This document shows, in pieces, positions 44,015 through 54,810 of a stretch of 64,000 nt of DNA. The translations under genes and the position numbers were made by a program. Source of the stretch: an uncultured Methanoregulaceae archaeon (GTDB lineage Archaea > Halobacteriota > Methanomicrobia > Methanomicrobiales > Methanospirillaceae); NCBI GenBank assembly GCA_963705255.1, contig OY970061.1:960001-1024000 (forward strand). The letters are read 5' to 3'. The notes under the pieces were generated by a model. It saw only the letters and a list, made by a program, of their open reading frames with translations, was not told the origin of the DNA and searched no databases. How positions within the stretch are numbered: the first letter of the stretch is position 1; each line of letters opens with the position of its first letter.

Positions 44015-45902
44015 CTACTTCTCATCCTTGACCTTGAAATCTGCATCGACAACCTTCTCTCCGCCCGGCCCGGTCGTCTCCTGGCCCGGTTGTCCGCCGG
44101 ATGGCCCGGCCTGCTCCTGGGGTCCCGCATGTTCCTGCGCATATTGCGCCGACGCCTGCTGGTACGCGGCAGACCCGGCCTCGCCAAGAACCTTCTGGAG
44201 TTTCTCTGTCTCGGACTTGATCTTTGGAGTATCCTTGCCTTCCATCGCGGCCCTGAGCGCGACGATGGCCGCGTTCAGCCGCTCGACAAGGTCAGTACCT
44301 GAGTTTACCGGCAAGATCGGATTTCGCCTTTTCCGCGGTATAGATGAGCGTATCGGCAGTGTTGCGCGCCTCTACCTCTTCTTTTCGCGTCCGGTCCTGC
44401 TCCTCGAACTGCTTTGCCTCATTCACCATCTTCTTTACGTCGCTGTCTGCCAGCTTGGTCGAGGCGGTGATCGTCATCTTCTGTTCCTTGCCGGTGCCAA
44501 GGTCTTTTGCAGACACGTTGAGGATCCCCGATGCATCGATGTCAAATGTTACATCGATCTGGGGGATCCCGCGCGGGGCAGGAGGGATGCCGACGAGGTT
44601 GAACTGCCCGAGGCTCACGTTGTCGGCTGCCATGGGCCGTTCGCCCTGTAATACGTGGATCGTGACCGAGGTCTGGAAATCGGCAGCCGTAGAGAATGTC
44701 TGGCTTTTTTTCGTCGGGATCGTGGTATTCCGGTCTATCAGGGCCGTCCTGACACCGCCGAGCGTTTCAAGGCCGAGGGTCAGGGGCGTCACATCCAGGA
44801 GGACCATATCGGTGATCTCCCCCCCGAGAATAGCCCCCTGGATGGCCGCACCGGTAGCAACACATTCCATGGGATCGATCCCCCGCTCGACTTTCTTTCC
44901 GATATGGTCCTCGATGAATTTCTGGACGATAGGCATCCTCGTAGGCCCCCCGACAAGGATGACTTTCTGGATATCGTCCTTGGTGAGTGCGGCGTCCTTC
45001 AGGGCCTGTTCGAAGGGGTTGAGGCACCGCCGTATGATAGGTTCCACGAGTTGTTCGAGCTTTGAGCGGCTCAGCTTTATGGAAAGGTGTTTCGGGCCCG
45101 CCTGGGTTGCAGAAACGTACGGGAGGTTAATCTCGGTCTCGAGTACCGTTGAAAGTTCGATCTTCGCCTTCTCGGCAGCTTCCTTGACCCGGTTGACTGC
45201 CATCTTATCGCTTCGTAAATCAATACCCTCAAGTTTTTTGAACTCCCCGGCCACCCATTCGAATACCGCATTGTCCATGTCGGTACCGCCGAGCTGGGTA
45301 TCACCGGACGTGGCCAGGACCGTGAACGTCCCGCCGCCGAATTCCATGATGGTCACATCCAGCGTCCCGCCGCCGAGGTCGAACACGAGGATCTTATATT
45401 CCCCGCCGCGGTCGAGCCCGTAGGCCATGGACGCGGCAGTAGGTTCGTTCACGAGCCTGACCACGTCGAGCCCGGCAATTTTCCCTGCATCCTTGGTGGC
45501 AGTCCTCTGGTTGTCATTGAAATAGGCCGGGACCGTGATCACGGCTTTCGTCACCGTCTCGCCGAGGAATGCCTCTGCGTCCCGCTTGATCTTCTGCAGG
45601 AGAAACGCCGAGATCTGCTGGGGGGTGTATTCCTTGCCATAGATCCGGTAGGAATGGCTCGTCCCCATCTTCCGTTTTGCTGCAGTCACCGTGCCGTCCG
45701 GGTTGCTCACCGCCTGCCTCCGGGCCGGCTCGCCCACGAGGAGCTGGCCGTCCGCGGTGAACGCCACATAGGACGGGAACATCTTGCCGGCCACGGTCGC
45801 ACCTTCCGCCGAAGGGATAATTGTAGGCTTGCCGCCAAGCATGACAGCAGCTTCGCTGTTCGATGTCCCAAGGTCAATTCCGATAATCTTCTCTTTACCC
45901 AT
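44015..45902 (-). CDS. dnaK: Chaperone DnaK, frameshift near 44300
   Basis: [32 protein letters not shown]; C-terminal VVDADF in ORF 44015..44314. Confidence 0.96.
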
Positions 45903-46383
45903 TTTCCTCACCTTCCTTTCGTGAAACATGTTCTGCAATCTTTACTTTCGACGGCCTGATCACCTTCGACCGCAACTGGTAGCCTTTCCCGAAATCCTCA
46001 AGGATCAACCCGGGTTCCCGGTCGCACTCCTCGCGGCACAGGGCCTCATGGAGGTTCGGGTCGAATTTTTTTCCTACGCATTCTATGGGTATGAGCCCGT
46101 ATTCTCCAAGGATCTTGAGCAGTTTCCGGTAGACCATCCCCATCCCTTCACAGTTCTCCTCGGCCTGGAGGGAGGGGAGAGCGCGGTCGAAATCGTCCAG
46201 GATGACGAGGAGATCCTTGATCAGGTTCTCGTTGGCAAGTGAGATGATCGCCGCTTTTTCCTTTTCCGACCATTTCCGGTAATTGTCAAAATCGGCCTGG
46301 AGATATTTCAGGCGCTCAAGACGCTCTTCTGCCAGGCGGGTCTGCTCTTCCAGATCTTTTTTTATCCGGTCAACGTCCTCCAT
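45895..46383 (-). CDS. grpE: Nucleotide exchange factor GrpE (may extend 5' across a frameshift)
   Basis: [26 protein letters not shown]. Confidence 0.94.
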   Translation of the reverse strand: MEDVDRIKKDLEEQTRLAEERLERLKYLQADFDNYRKWSEKEKAAIISLANENLIKDLLVILDDFDRALPSLQAEENCEGMGMVYRKLLKILGEYGLIPIECVGKKFDPNLHEALCREECDREPGLILEDFGKGYQLRSKVIRPSKVKIAEHVSRKEGEENG

Positions 46384-46664
46384 CGGGCCACCTCCGGAAT
46401 ACCCCGCAACGGTCTTCTCTGCCTCCGTGCATTGGACCGGCATCAGTCTCCCGGTTGACCGGATGCGGAGATGCCGGTGAATTCCCAACGCTGACCGGAT
46501 TGGTATCCTGCTCGCGGATTTCCGGAATCACCGCACCTGTCATGGTTCTTTCATACCTTCTGGAGATCCGTATCACCATACCGGACTGCCTCGTCATATC
46601 TGCCCATAATGGCTGCACATACCGGCGCTTCTCCTGCCGGACTACGGGGTGTCTTCCGGAGACA

Positions 46665-46901
46665 TCAGTCGCAATGGGGACCGTTCCAGTAGGCCCTGAT
46701 AAAATCCGCATAGTAGCACCCGGTACAATCGCAACGGAAGCACCCGGACGCCGGGCACTGCATCCCGGAACGATAATCAGCACCGGATAGATCCCGTGCA
46801 CCGTACTCTTTTGCCTGGCGGTAGTCACACCAGATCTGCTCAAGATCTTCCCCGGCCATAAACAAACTCTCTGAGTCTTCCAAGACGGGAATGGTCCTCA
46901 C
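46665..46901 (-). CDS. Small Cys-rich hypothetical protein heading the grpE-dnaK-dnaJ unit
   Basis: CPASGCFRCDCTGC; GTG start about 25 nt after TATAAAA. Confidence 0.5.
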   Translation of the reverse strand: MRTIPVLEDSESLFMAGEDLEQIWCDYRQAKEYGARDLSGADYRSGMQCPASGCFRCDCTGCYYADFIRAYWNGPHCD

Positions 46902-46952
46902 CGGTCAGGGAGTTGAGCGGGGACTTTTATAGGATCTTCCCTGATCGTCATT

Positions 46953-46973
46953 TTTTGAGACAAATTTTGAAAC
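46953..46973 (-). promoter_or_regulatory. Stress-island box upstream of the grpE-dnaK-dnaJ unit
   Basis: GTTTCAAAATTTGTCTCAAAA, 21 nt upstream of TATAAAA (46931-46925). Confidence 0.65.
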
Positions 46974-47024
46974 AACCCGTACAATTCCGCGAAAAAACAG
47001 GTCCTGTCGGCGGAACCGGGGAGA

Positions 47025-47297
47025 TCACCCTGCGATTTTTTCCAGGGTCAGGTTCAATAATCCGGCTGCGAATGTTTTTTTACACAGCCTTGACCCGTCC
47101 GGAACCAGTATCTCCTTCCTGAAGGTCATCAGGTCATCCGATGCGATAAGCGTGAGAGTGTTCGTTTCAAGATAAATCCTGATCTTCTCTTCGGGTATCC
47201 CGGGCAGCTGGACCTGGATGTGAATGTGCCGGACATCTTCTGAACGGTCGATGACCGGTTCAGTCACCGGTCTGCGCTGTTTTTGTTTTTTTCTCAT
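47025..47297 (-). CDS. Minimal Hsp20/alpha-crystallin-like protein
   Basis: EPVID...QLPGIPEEKI...GLLNLTLEK; SD GGAGG. Confidence 0.7.
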   Translation of the reverse strand: MRKKQKQRRPVTEPVIDRSEDVRHIHIQVQLPGIPEEKIRIYLETNTLTLIASDDLMTFRKEILVPDGSRLCKKTFAAGLLNLTLEKIAG

Positions 47298-47842
47298 AGT
47301 ACCCTCCAGGCAGGTCATTTCCGGGGAGACTGGGATCGAAACGCTCGTATCGTCCATCATTCCTTTTTGATCCCGGTGCCGGTATGAAACGGAGTATCCC
47401 TGTCCCGGATGCCAGTTCTCGTCGGGCAAAAACCGGGGCTTCAGGCCTGCTGTGGCGTTCAGCAGGATCCTGAACCCTGGCGGATCGTGTCAGGAATGTA
47501 AAAATTGAGGCCCGCATGGACAGTATGTCCGGTTCCGTTCCCTGCCGGCTCCTGTTTCCATGCATATAACACCCCAATGTCCTGGACGGTAGAATTCAAC
47601 GTGGTGCGCAATGAGGGCTGATCATCCCGTGAGGGTTCCCGACCTTCATGTGGGCAGCTGTACCCACGCAACGTTCTTTTGGGGGAATACCTATATACTT
47701 AACCGGATTTTTCAAAAATTGTTTCAAATTTTGGCGGGATGACCCCGGTACCTTCACATCACTGTCCGGAGATGGGATCTTCCATCCAAAATTAGAGGCC
47801 CTGGGTGTCCGTATCGTTCTGGCCAGGGCCAAAAAAGAACGA

Positions 47843-49195
47843 CTATTTTCGTTCCGGTGGTGTGATACTCTCGCCATGCATATCCTCTCCCATGAGGTGG
47901 CGGAAAACAAACCGGAATTCACCGAGTTTCTGGCGGATATATTTTCTTCCCGAATCAGTCGGCATGTAGAGTTTTGATTTCCCCGAGCTCTTCATCTCGA
48001 GATACCCTTTCTCCTGCAGCTCGTAGAGGAACGTGTAGATCCGCGCCTGGGGGATGAGCACATTATAGCGGTTATGGATCTCGTGGACGATGTCATACCC
48101 GGATATCGGTTTTTCCAGGAGGGAGAGGACAACGGGTTCGAGAGACTTTTTCACCACGTCGTCGATGGTTGACTGGGGGACGACGGATACCGATTCTGCA
48201 GTGAATGAGCGGCGGGCAAAGGAGAGCATGGTGTCTTTTCCGGTCGAGATGATGATCTTCGGGATACCTTCGGAGAGTTTCTGTATCTGGTTGTGATCGA
48301 TCTCAGCCATATTCACTGCAATCATGCCGGAGATGGGCAGCCCGCTCTCTTTTTTGGAGAGAACCAGGTTTTTCACCGCAAGGATGTCGGCAAACATCTC
48401 CGTATCGGAAAAATCAAGAAGGATCCTGAGGGACTTTACGGAACCCGTGCCCTCCAGTGAACCGGTGCACCGTTCCAGGAGTTTGAGCATGAGGAATTCC
48501 TCGTGTTTCTTGATGCGCCGGGTGACCAGTTCCTCTTTCTGGATCTCTTTTAAGAAATATTTCATGAGCGTGGAGCGGTGGTACGCAAAAAAATTCCGCC
48601 CGCCTTTTTTTAACCCCTCTTCTAGGGTGAACTTGAACACCGGGTCTTTTACCGTCTGTTCGGTATAGAGGAAGAGGACGATATCGGTGAAAATATCCTG
48701 CAGGAGAATGGTTTTGATCCCGGGGAGGTCGACATAGGCTGTCCCGAGCTCCTCGTTCTCGGCAGTCTCCTTTCCCGGAAGACCCGGCTTAACGGCAACC
48801 TGCGACAACCTTGCCGTTTCCCGGTCAGCATTCTTGTGGAACAGGGCCACCTCAATTGCGGCTTTGATCTCCAGTTCGTTGAAGGGCTTCACGATGTACC
48901 CGTACGGCCTGACCTGTTTGGCCTGCTCGATGATGGCATCGTCGGCATACGAAGTGACAAAAACGACCGGAATATCGAGCTCCTCCATGATGACCCGTGC
49001 AGCTTCGATCCCGTTCAGTTTTCCCGGCATGACAATGTCCATCAGCAGCAGGTCGGGTTTGAGCCTCCGCGCCTTGTCGATCGCACCTTCACCGGATGCT
49101 GCCATGCCTGCAACCGTGTAGCCCATTGCAGTCAGCCGCTCTTCCAGCTGCATCGTAATGATCGCTTCGTCATCAACTACAAGGATCCTTGACAT
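47843..49195 (-). CDS. Response regulator: REC, central domain, C-terminal PadR-like winged helix
   Basis: ILVVDDE, D-phosphoacceptor LMDIVMPG, KPF; C-terminal PISGYDIVHEI...RIYTFLYELQEKGYL...KLY..T..GR. Confidence 0.88.
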   Translation of the reverse strand: MSRILVVDDEAIITMQLEERLTAMGYTVAGMAASGEGAIDKARRLKPDLLLMDIVMPGKLNGIEAARVIMEELDIPVVFVTSYADDAIIEQAKQVRPYGYIVKPFNELEIKAAIEVALFHKNADRETARLSQVAVKPGLPGKETAENEELGTAYVDLPGIKTILLQDIFTDIVLFLYTEQTVKDPVFKFTLEEGLKKGGRNFFAYHRSTLMKYFLKEIQKEELVTRRIKKHEEFLMLKLLERCTGSLEGTGSVKSLRILLDFSDTEMFADILAVKNLVLSKKESGLPISGMIAVNMAEIDHNQIQKLSEGIPKIIISTGKDTMLSFARRSFTAESVSVVPQSTIDDVVKKSLEPVVLSLLEKPISGYDIVHEIHNRYNVLIPQARIYTFLYELQEKGYLEMKSSGKSKLYMPTDSGRKYIRQKLGEFRFVFRHLMGEDMHGESITPPERK

Positions 49196-49201
49196 GGGTT
49201 A

Positions 49202-52200
49202 TCAGTCCGCTGCGGGGAGGGGAAATTCCACGATCACTTCAGTCCCGCCGCTCCCGTTGATCGTGAGGGACCCGCCCAGCTGCTGGACAAGATTCCTGAT
49301 CAGCTTGATCCCCAGGCTGGTGGCATGAGAGATATCCAGTTCCCGGGGAATCCCGATACCGTCGTCCCGGACCGTTATATGGACATGCCCCTCCTGCTTC
49401 ATAGCAGTAATACTGACTTTCCCGTATTTACGTCCTTTGAATGCGTGTTTGAAGGCATTGGAGAGGATCTCGTTCACGATGAGGGCGCAGGGGATTGCCT
49501 GGTCAACCGGGAGATAGATCTCCCCGGCATCGATCTCGCTGACAATTTCTGTGCCCGATCTCCGGTAAATACTGGACAGGTCGGCCACCTGGTCCCGGAT
49601 CTGGCCTCCCATGTTGATCTTGTCGAACTGTTTGCTCTCGTACAGTCTCGTGTGGATCTGGGCCATGGTCTTGATCTTCAGCATCATATCCGTCAGTATG
49701 CTGCCGGTTGCCACGTCCTCTGTCCTCATTCTCGTCATATCGAGCAGGCCGGATATGATCTGGAGGTTGTTCTTCACCCGGTGGTGGATCTCCCGGATGA
49801 GGATCTCTTTCTCTGCAAGCGATGAGATGATCTTTTCCTCGGCGGACTTGTGTTCGGTCATATTCCTGAAATACCCGATGAGGCCGTCGATACTGCCCGA
49901 TCCATCGAATTTCGGGATATAGGAACCTTCGAAATAATTTTTTTCACCTGTCCTGGAGACCAGGGAAAGTTCGATCTTTGCCGGTTTTCCGGTCTTGAGC
50001 ACCTGCTTCTTGATCCTTACAAGGTTGTCTGCCTCCTCCTTTGATACGATATCATAGTCCGTCTTCCCGATCATCTCGTCCTCGGAAAGCCCCAACTGCG
50101 GGTTGATGACACTGGTATACCGCAGGCCGGTGTCCTGGACAAGGATATAGTCGGGGGTGTTGGTGGCGATGATCCTGAATTTCTGTTCGCTCTCCCGCAA
50201 TGCTTCCTCTGCCCGCCTCCGTTCGGTGACATCCCGGTAGCTCCACACCCTCCCGACGATCGTGTCCCCGATCCTCTGGGGTTTCGAGTAGCGTTCGAAG
50301 ACCCTGCCGTCAATAAATTCTACCATGTCATAGCTCTCCCTTCCGGGGTGGGCGTAGAGATCCTTAAGGCCGGAGCGGAATCCCTCAGGGTCCTCCAGTT
50401 GCGGCAGCATAGGGAGGAGGGCCGAATTTTCCGTGGAACCGGCCAGCGAGGAGTGGGGAATATTCCACATGGTCACAAAGCTCTGGTTGTAACTGGTGAT
50501 CTTCCCTTCACGGTCAACAACGAGCAGGCCGTCGGCTGTAGAATCCAGGGCTGCATTGAGCAACGAGAGGGTCTTCCCGGCAATTTCGTCAGCCTGCTTG
50601 CGGGCGGTTATGTCCTGTCCCTGGGCAATGACCGAGGATATGGTCTTCCCGTCCGGTTCGGACAAGGTTGCAGAGTTCCAGAGGACGGTCCGGATCTCGC
50701 AGTTTATGGTAAGGATCGGGATCTCGACATCGTTCCACCGTTCACCGGCGGATGTTTTCCGGATCAGTCCCATCAGCTCATCGCGCTGCGGCTCCGGGAA
50801 GAGAAGGTCGATATCTTTCCCTATCACATCCGCAGCCATCCTCCCGGTGAGCCGCTCGAACGCGTGGTTGAACCGCGTAATACGGAACTCCGGGTCCCAT
50901 ACGATGATGGGCGCGTTGGCGTAATTGATCAGGTTTTCGAGATACTGGCTGGTCTGGCGGAGATTCGCTTCCGCCCGGCGTTGTGCAGTGATGTCGCGGA
51001 AACTCCACACTCTCCCGAAAATGGCGCTCCCCATCTTCTGGGGTTTCGAGTACCGCTCGAAAATCCTGCCGTCATTGAGTTCGATGATATCGTAGCTTTC
51101 CCGCGCGGGGTGCCCGTAGAGATCATAGACCCCGGCAAGGTACTCCCCGGATCTCTCACCTGGCCCTGCATGGATTCGAGGACGTTTTCGTCATCTCCTG
51201 TCTTCAGTAATACTTCCCCGATATTCCAGATATGGACAAAATTCTGGTTGTAACCGGTGATCTTCCTCTCTTTGTCGACAACGTAGATACCTTCAGCGGT
51301 CGATTCAAGGGCTGCATTCAGGAGAGAGAGTGCCTCTTCGGTCTTTCTTTTCGCGGACACGGCGAACTCTTCGGCAAGCTTGCGATCCGTTATATTGGTA
51401 AAGAGGACGGCGAACTGTCGCGGTGCCGGGGAAAATGCGTAGACCTCATAATGGTTCTTGAGGGCCGGTGAATACTGGTCGAAATGGATTGGCTGGCCGG
51501 TGAGGGCAACTGAACCATAGAATTCAACCCAGCGGGGGTCTTCATCCGGAAGGATCTCGCTGAGGCGCCTTCCGACCACTGCCTCCCGTTTCAGGCCGGT
51601 CAGTTTTTCAAACGCCGGATTTATCTCAAGGAACCGGTAATCGACCGGGACATTCCGGTCGTCGCAGATGATCTGATGGAGGGCAAACCCTTCAGTCATC
51701 TTCTCAAAGAGGTTCCGGAATTTCTCCTCGCTTGCCAGGAGCCGGAGTTCTGTCAGCCTTCGTTCGGTAGTATCCTGCACCATGCCGATGGAGCGGGTGA
51801 TCCTGCCGCTCTCATCGCGCAGGTGCTCGCACTTCTCGTGGACGTACCTGATCCCGCCGTCGTCTTTCCGTACGACACGGTGCTCTATCTCGTAGCCGTC
51901 CCGCCCCTCTGACAGAGACCCAGCATACGCTGCATTCACTGCCGGGCGATCATCGGGGTGTACGGCGTCAAGGAAGGTCTCATAGGTAGCCCCGAACTCC
52001 TGTGGTCTCAGCCCGAATATCCGGTATACCTCGTCGGACCAGGTGAGGTGGTTGCCGGCAAGATCCAGTTCCCAGCTCCCGAGATGGGCGATCTCCTGCG
52101 CCCTGGCCAGCCGGTGTTCGCTCTCATTGAGTTCCCGCTGTTTTTTACCCAGTTCGTCAATATTCTGCCGGAGTTCCTCCTCCGCCGCCATGAGTTCTTC

Positions 52201-53163
52201 GTTCATCACGCCGAGCTCGTCGTTCTTCCTCACCAGCGCCGTCTCTGCACGATCAAGGGCATCCCCTGTCCGGGTGGATACCCATGAGACGGCACCGACC
52301 GTTCCGGCAGCAAAGATCACGAGACTTGCCGAGAGGGAGAGCGCCTCGGGGATGTTATACACCCGGTAAATCGACTGGAACGCAAAATTCTGGATAAATA
52401 CGATAACTACGCTGAGCGGGACAAAGGTGCGCAGGAGGCGGGCCCGGATGGAATTTCCGGTGAGGTACCTGACCGGTATTGCCCCCGGGCCCCCGGCAGC
52501 GATCAGTCCCCCCCCGATGAAGAACGCGGCGAGGGCTGACATGGCAGCAATGGGAATGACCTGAGTGCCGTACAGGAAAGGAGCACCGTAGAAATAACTC
52601 AGGACGAAGGTGAAGCTGACGAGAACCAGCACCAGGCCGACGATGCCGATGGCATCACGCGTCCGCCGGTCTTCCTTTGGTGCATTCTCTTCTTTCACCA
52701 TGAAGACCAGGGAAACGGCAGCCGGGATGATAAGCCCTGCCGCTACCGGGGAGATCGGTGAAGACAATGTCCCGAAGAACAGCGTGCCTGCCTGGACGAA
52801 CCAGGACTCGACAAAAAATTGGCCCCCCCCGATAATAAAGAGGAGTTCAACAACCTCAACACCTGCGATTATTGCAAGGGCTGCCTGTACCAGCATGCCG
52901 GATCTCTTTTCCAGCGCTTTTATCGCGCTGGCTGCAAGGACCGATCCCAAAAAAATCCAGACCAGCGAGGCACTGAGTGCCATGGTCTTATACCCGGGAT
53001 AAACGCTGCTGATCACCGTGATATCGAAAATATTCCCGACAATTGCCAGCAGGCCCGTACCTGTTGCCAGAAGCCCGAATGAGAGGGTAAGTCTTTTCAA
53101 AAAAAGATTTGGGGTACCGGTACCCGGTGTGCCGTTCGCAGGAAAAGGTGACGTGAAGATCAT
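49202..53163 (-). CDS. Membrane multi-PAS sensor histidine kinase (HisKA_2 type), frameshift near 51145
   Basis: Multi-TM N-terminus, about six PAS domains, EIHHRVKNNLQ, NEILSNAFKHAF, DDGIG, SLGI.LI. Confidence 0.9.
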
Positions 53164-53537
53164 TCCGGTACTTCCAAAAATCTTCCCAAAATAATATTCT
53201 CTACTGTAAATAGAGAGATAATTTTCATATGATAAGATTTTCCCCCGTTTACAAAAAATGAAATTTCCGGATACCGTCGTGCCCAAGGTGTTTGTGTACG
53301 CAGAACGAGGATGATATCCGATGCAGGTGCATCAAACGATGTTATCTGGTGCATTCGATCGCTGGTGCCAGTACCGCCGTTCACGGGAGCGGATGCCTGC
53401 TGCAGCACCACGGATCATGACTACCGGCGGAGACCATTCCCGGACCGCGTTGCGTTTCCGCTGGTTTTCCCGGAGGTCCTGCCATCCGGCCGGAAAACAG
53501 AAGGCTACCCGGTCCGGATAATACCCCCAGGAAACCC

Positions 53538-53564
53538 TTTCAAACTATGTTACATGGTTTGAAA
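53538..53564. promoter_or_regulatory. 27-bp near-perfect palindrome, candidate operator
   Basis: TTTCAAACTATGT-T-ACATGGTTTGAAA between the divergent kinase and Met-rich genes. Confidence 0.55.
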
Positions 53565-53650
53565 ATCAGCCATAGAACTATGGTTTCCTGCCCTCATCAC
53601 ATCTCTTCGTCCGATCTGTCGGACAGAACAGAGGAGAGGAGTGAACAGGA

Positions 53651-53860
53651 ATGCAACCAGGACATATGGGCGGGGGCATGATGCAGCAGCAGGAGATGCT
53701 CATGACGGAGATGTGGGATGCCCTCACGGATGACCAGAAGAAAGAGATGCTGAAGAGGGCACTTGACGGGAAGATCATGATGAAGGAAGGGATGATCAAG
53801 CACTTCCAGTTCAAGATCGAGACGTTCAGGATGCTCAAGAAGATGCTGGACGAGCGCTGA
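53651..53860 (+). CDS. Small Met-rich helical protein with LTxxQ motif
   Basis: 13 of 69 residues are Met; LTDDQK; SD GGAG. Confidence 0.75.
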   Translation: MQPGHMGGGMMQQQEMLMTEMWDALTDDQKKEMLKRALDGKIMMKEGMIKHFQFKIETFRMLKKMLDER

Positions 53861-54135
53861 CCGGGATCGATGGAACCGGATTCCTCCAGTCTTTTTTGAG
53901 AACCAACAGTTAGTGTGCATGAGGGCGCGAAATTTCAGAAAATAGCAAACCCATATAGAGCACCACAGGGTGGCCACCTCTTCAATCCGGCAATTGAAAA
54001 AACAGGTTTTTCCGGATACGACCGGAACCAGCTGAAACAACGAGACGAAAAGAGTCCGAAGAGCAGGATCTGGATAGTACAGGGATCTAATCAATGGGCT
54101 GATGTCGTTGATCGGGGACTATATCCCGGATATTC

Positions 54136-54420
54136 TCATTCTCCGAGCACACCGCGCTCGACCAGCAACTTGAGATAAGCCTTGCCGGATAGAGGACAAT
54201 GGATAAGATCGTCAAGCTCTTTCCCGGTCACATGCAGCTGAGTCCGCATCTTCGCGAGCAGATCCGCGTTATATTCCTTAACCCCGTGACTCAGGAATGT
54301 GTGGACTCCGGTGATTTTGCCGTCAACGCGGAGGTAAAAGATCCTGTGATGGGGTGACCTCTCTTCGAACCCTTTCCTGAGAAGAGCGGTCGTGATTTCC
54401 CGGGTCTTGCAGGATTTTAA
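54136..54420 (-). CDS. HicA-like toxin (no canonical start; absent from the ORF track)
   Basis: LKSCKTREITTALLRKGFEERSPHHRIFYLRVDGKITGVHTFLSHGVKEYNADLLAKMRTQL...CPLS... Confidence 0.65.
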   Translation of the reverse strand, partial: LKSCKTREITTALLRKGFEERSPHHRIFYLRVDGKITGVHTFLSHGVKEYNADLLAKMRTQLHVTGKELDDLIHCPLSGKAYLKLLVERGVLGE

Positions 54421-54447
54421 GAACCGGCCCCGGCAGTAACAAGTGAT

Positions 54448-54714
54448 TCAAGATGGGAACGGAGACTGGAGCGCGTCCCGGGTCAGATTCGCCGGGTTCT
54501 CAGCCACATATACCTCCCAGAGCGTTGACAACTCATCCGAGATCCCTGCAATGCCTTCTTCGAGTGTGGGTGCTGAAACCAGGAACCCGAACTCTTCGTT
54601 CGAAAGAGTGAGCTGGTCCGCATCGTGCTCAACGGTAATCCGGAGCTCGCGGGCGAGCTGGCAGAGGCGACCGTTCATTTTCAGCCGGTCGAGGACAATG
54701 GTTTGGTTCGCCAT
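54448..54714 (-). CDS. HicB-like antitoxin (N-terminal fold), possibly C-terminally truncated
   Basis: LVSAPTLEEG...LWEVY..E.P.NLT.DA; directly upstream of the HicA-like gene. Confidence 0.55.
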   Translation of the reverse strand: MANQTIVLDRLKMNGRLCQLARELRITVEHDADQLTLSNEEFGFLVSAPTLEEGIAGISDELSTLWEVYVAENPANLTRDALQSPFPS

Positions 54715-54810
54715 TTTCAGCATAAGCATCTTAAGATATCGCCCGGGAGATAATAGGATTTCCGGTCAGGACACGTCCCTGACAATAAGCTCATCGAATG
54801 ATGCGGCCGA

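Noticed and set aside
853-51253. Long antisense or overlapping ORFs (e.g. 853..1617, 24440..25747, 43551..44651, 44344..45423, 50348..51253)
   Set aside because: Shadow frames of well-supported genes in GC-rich DNA, with no recognisable motifs
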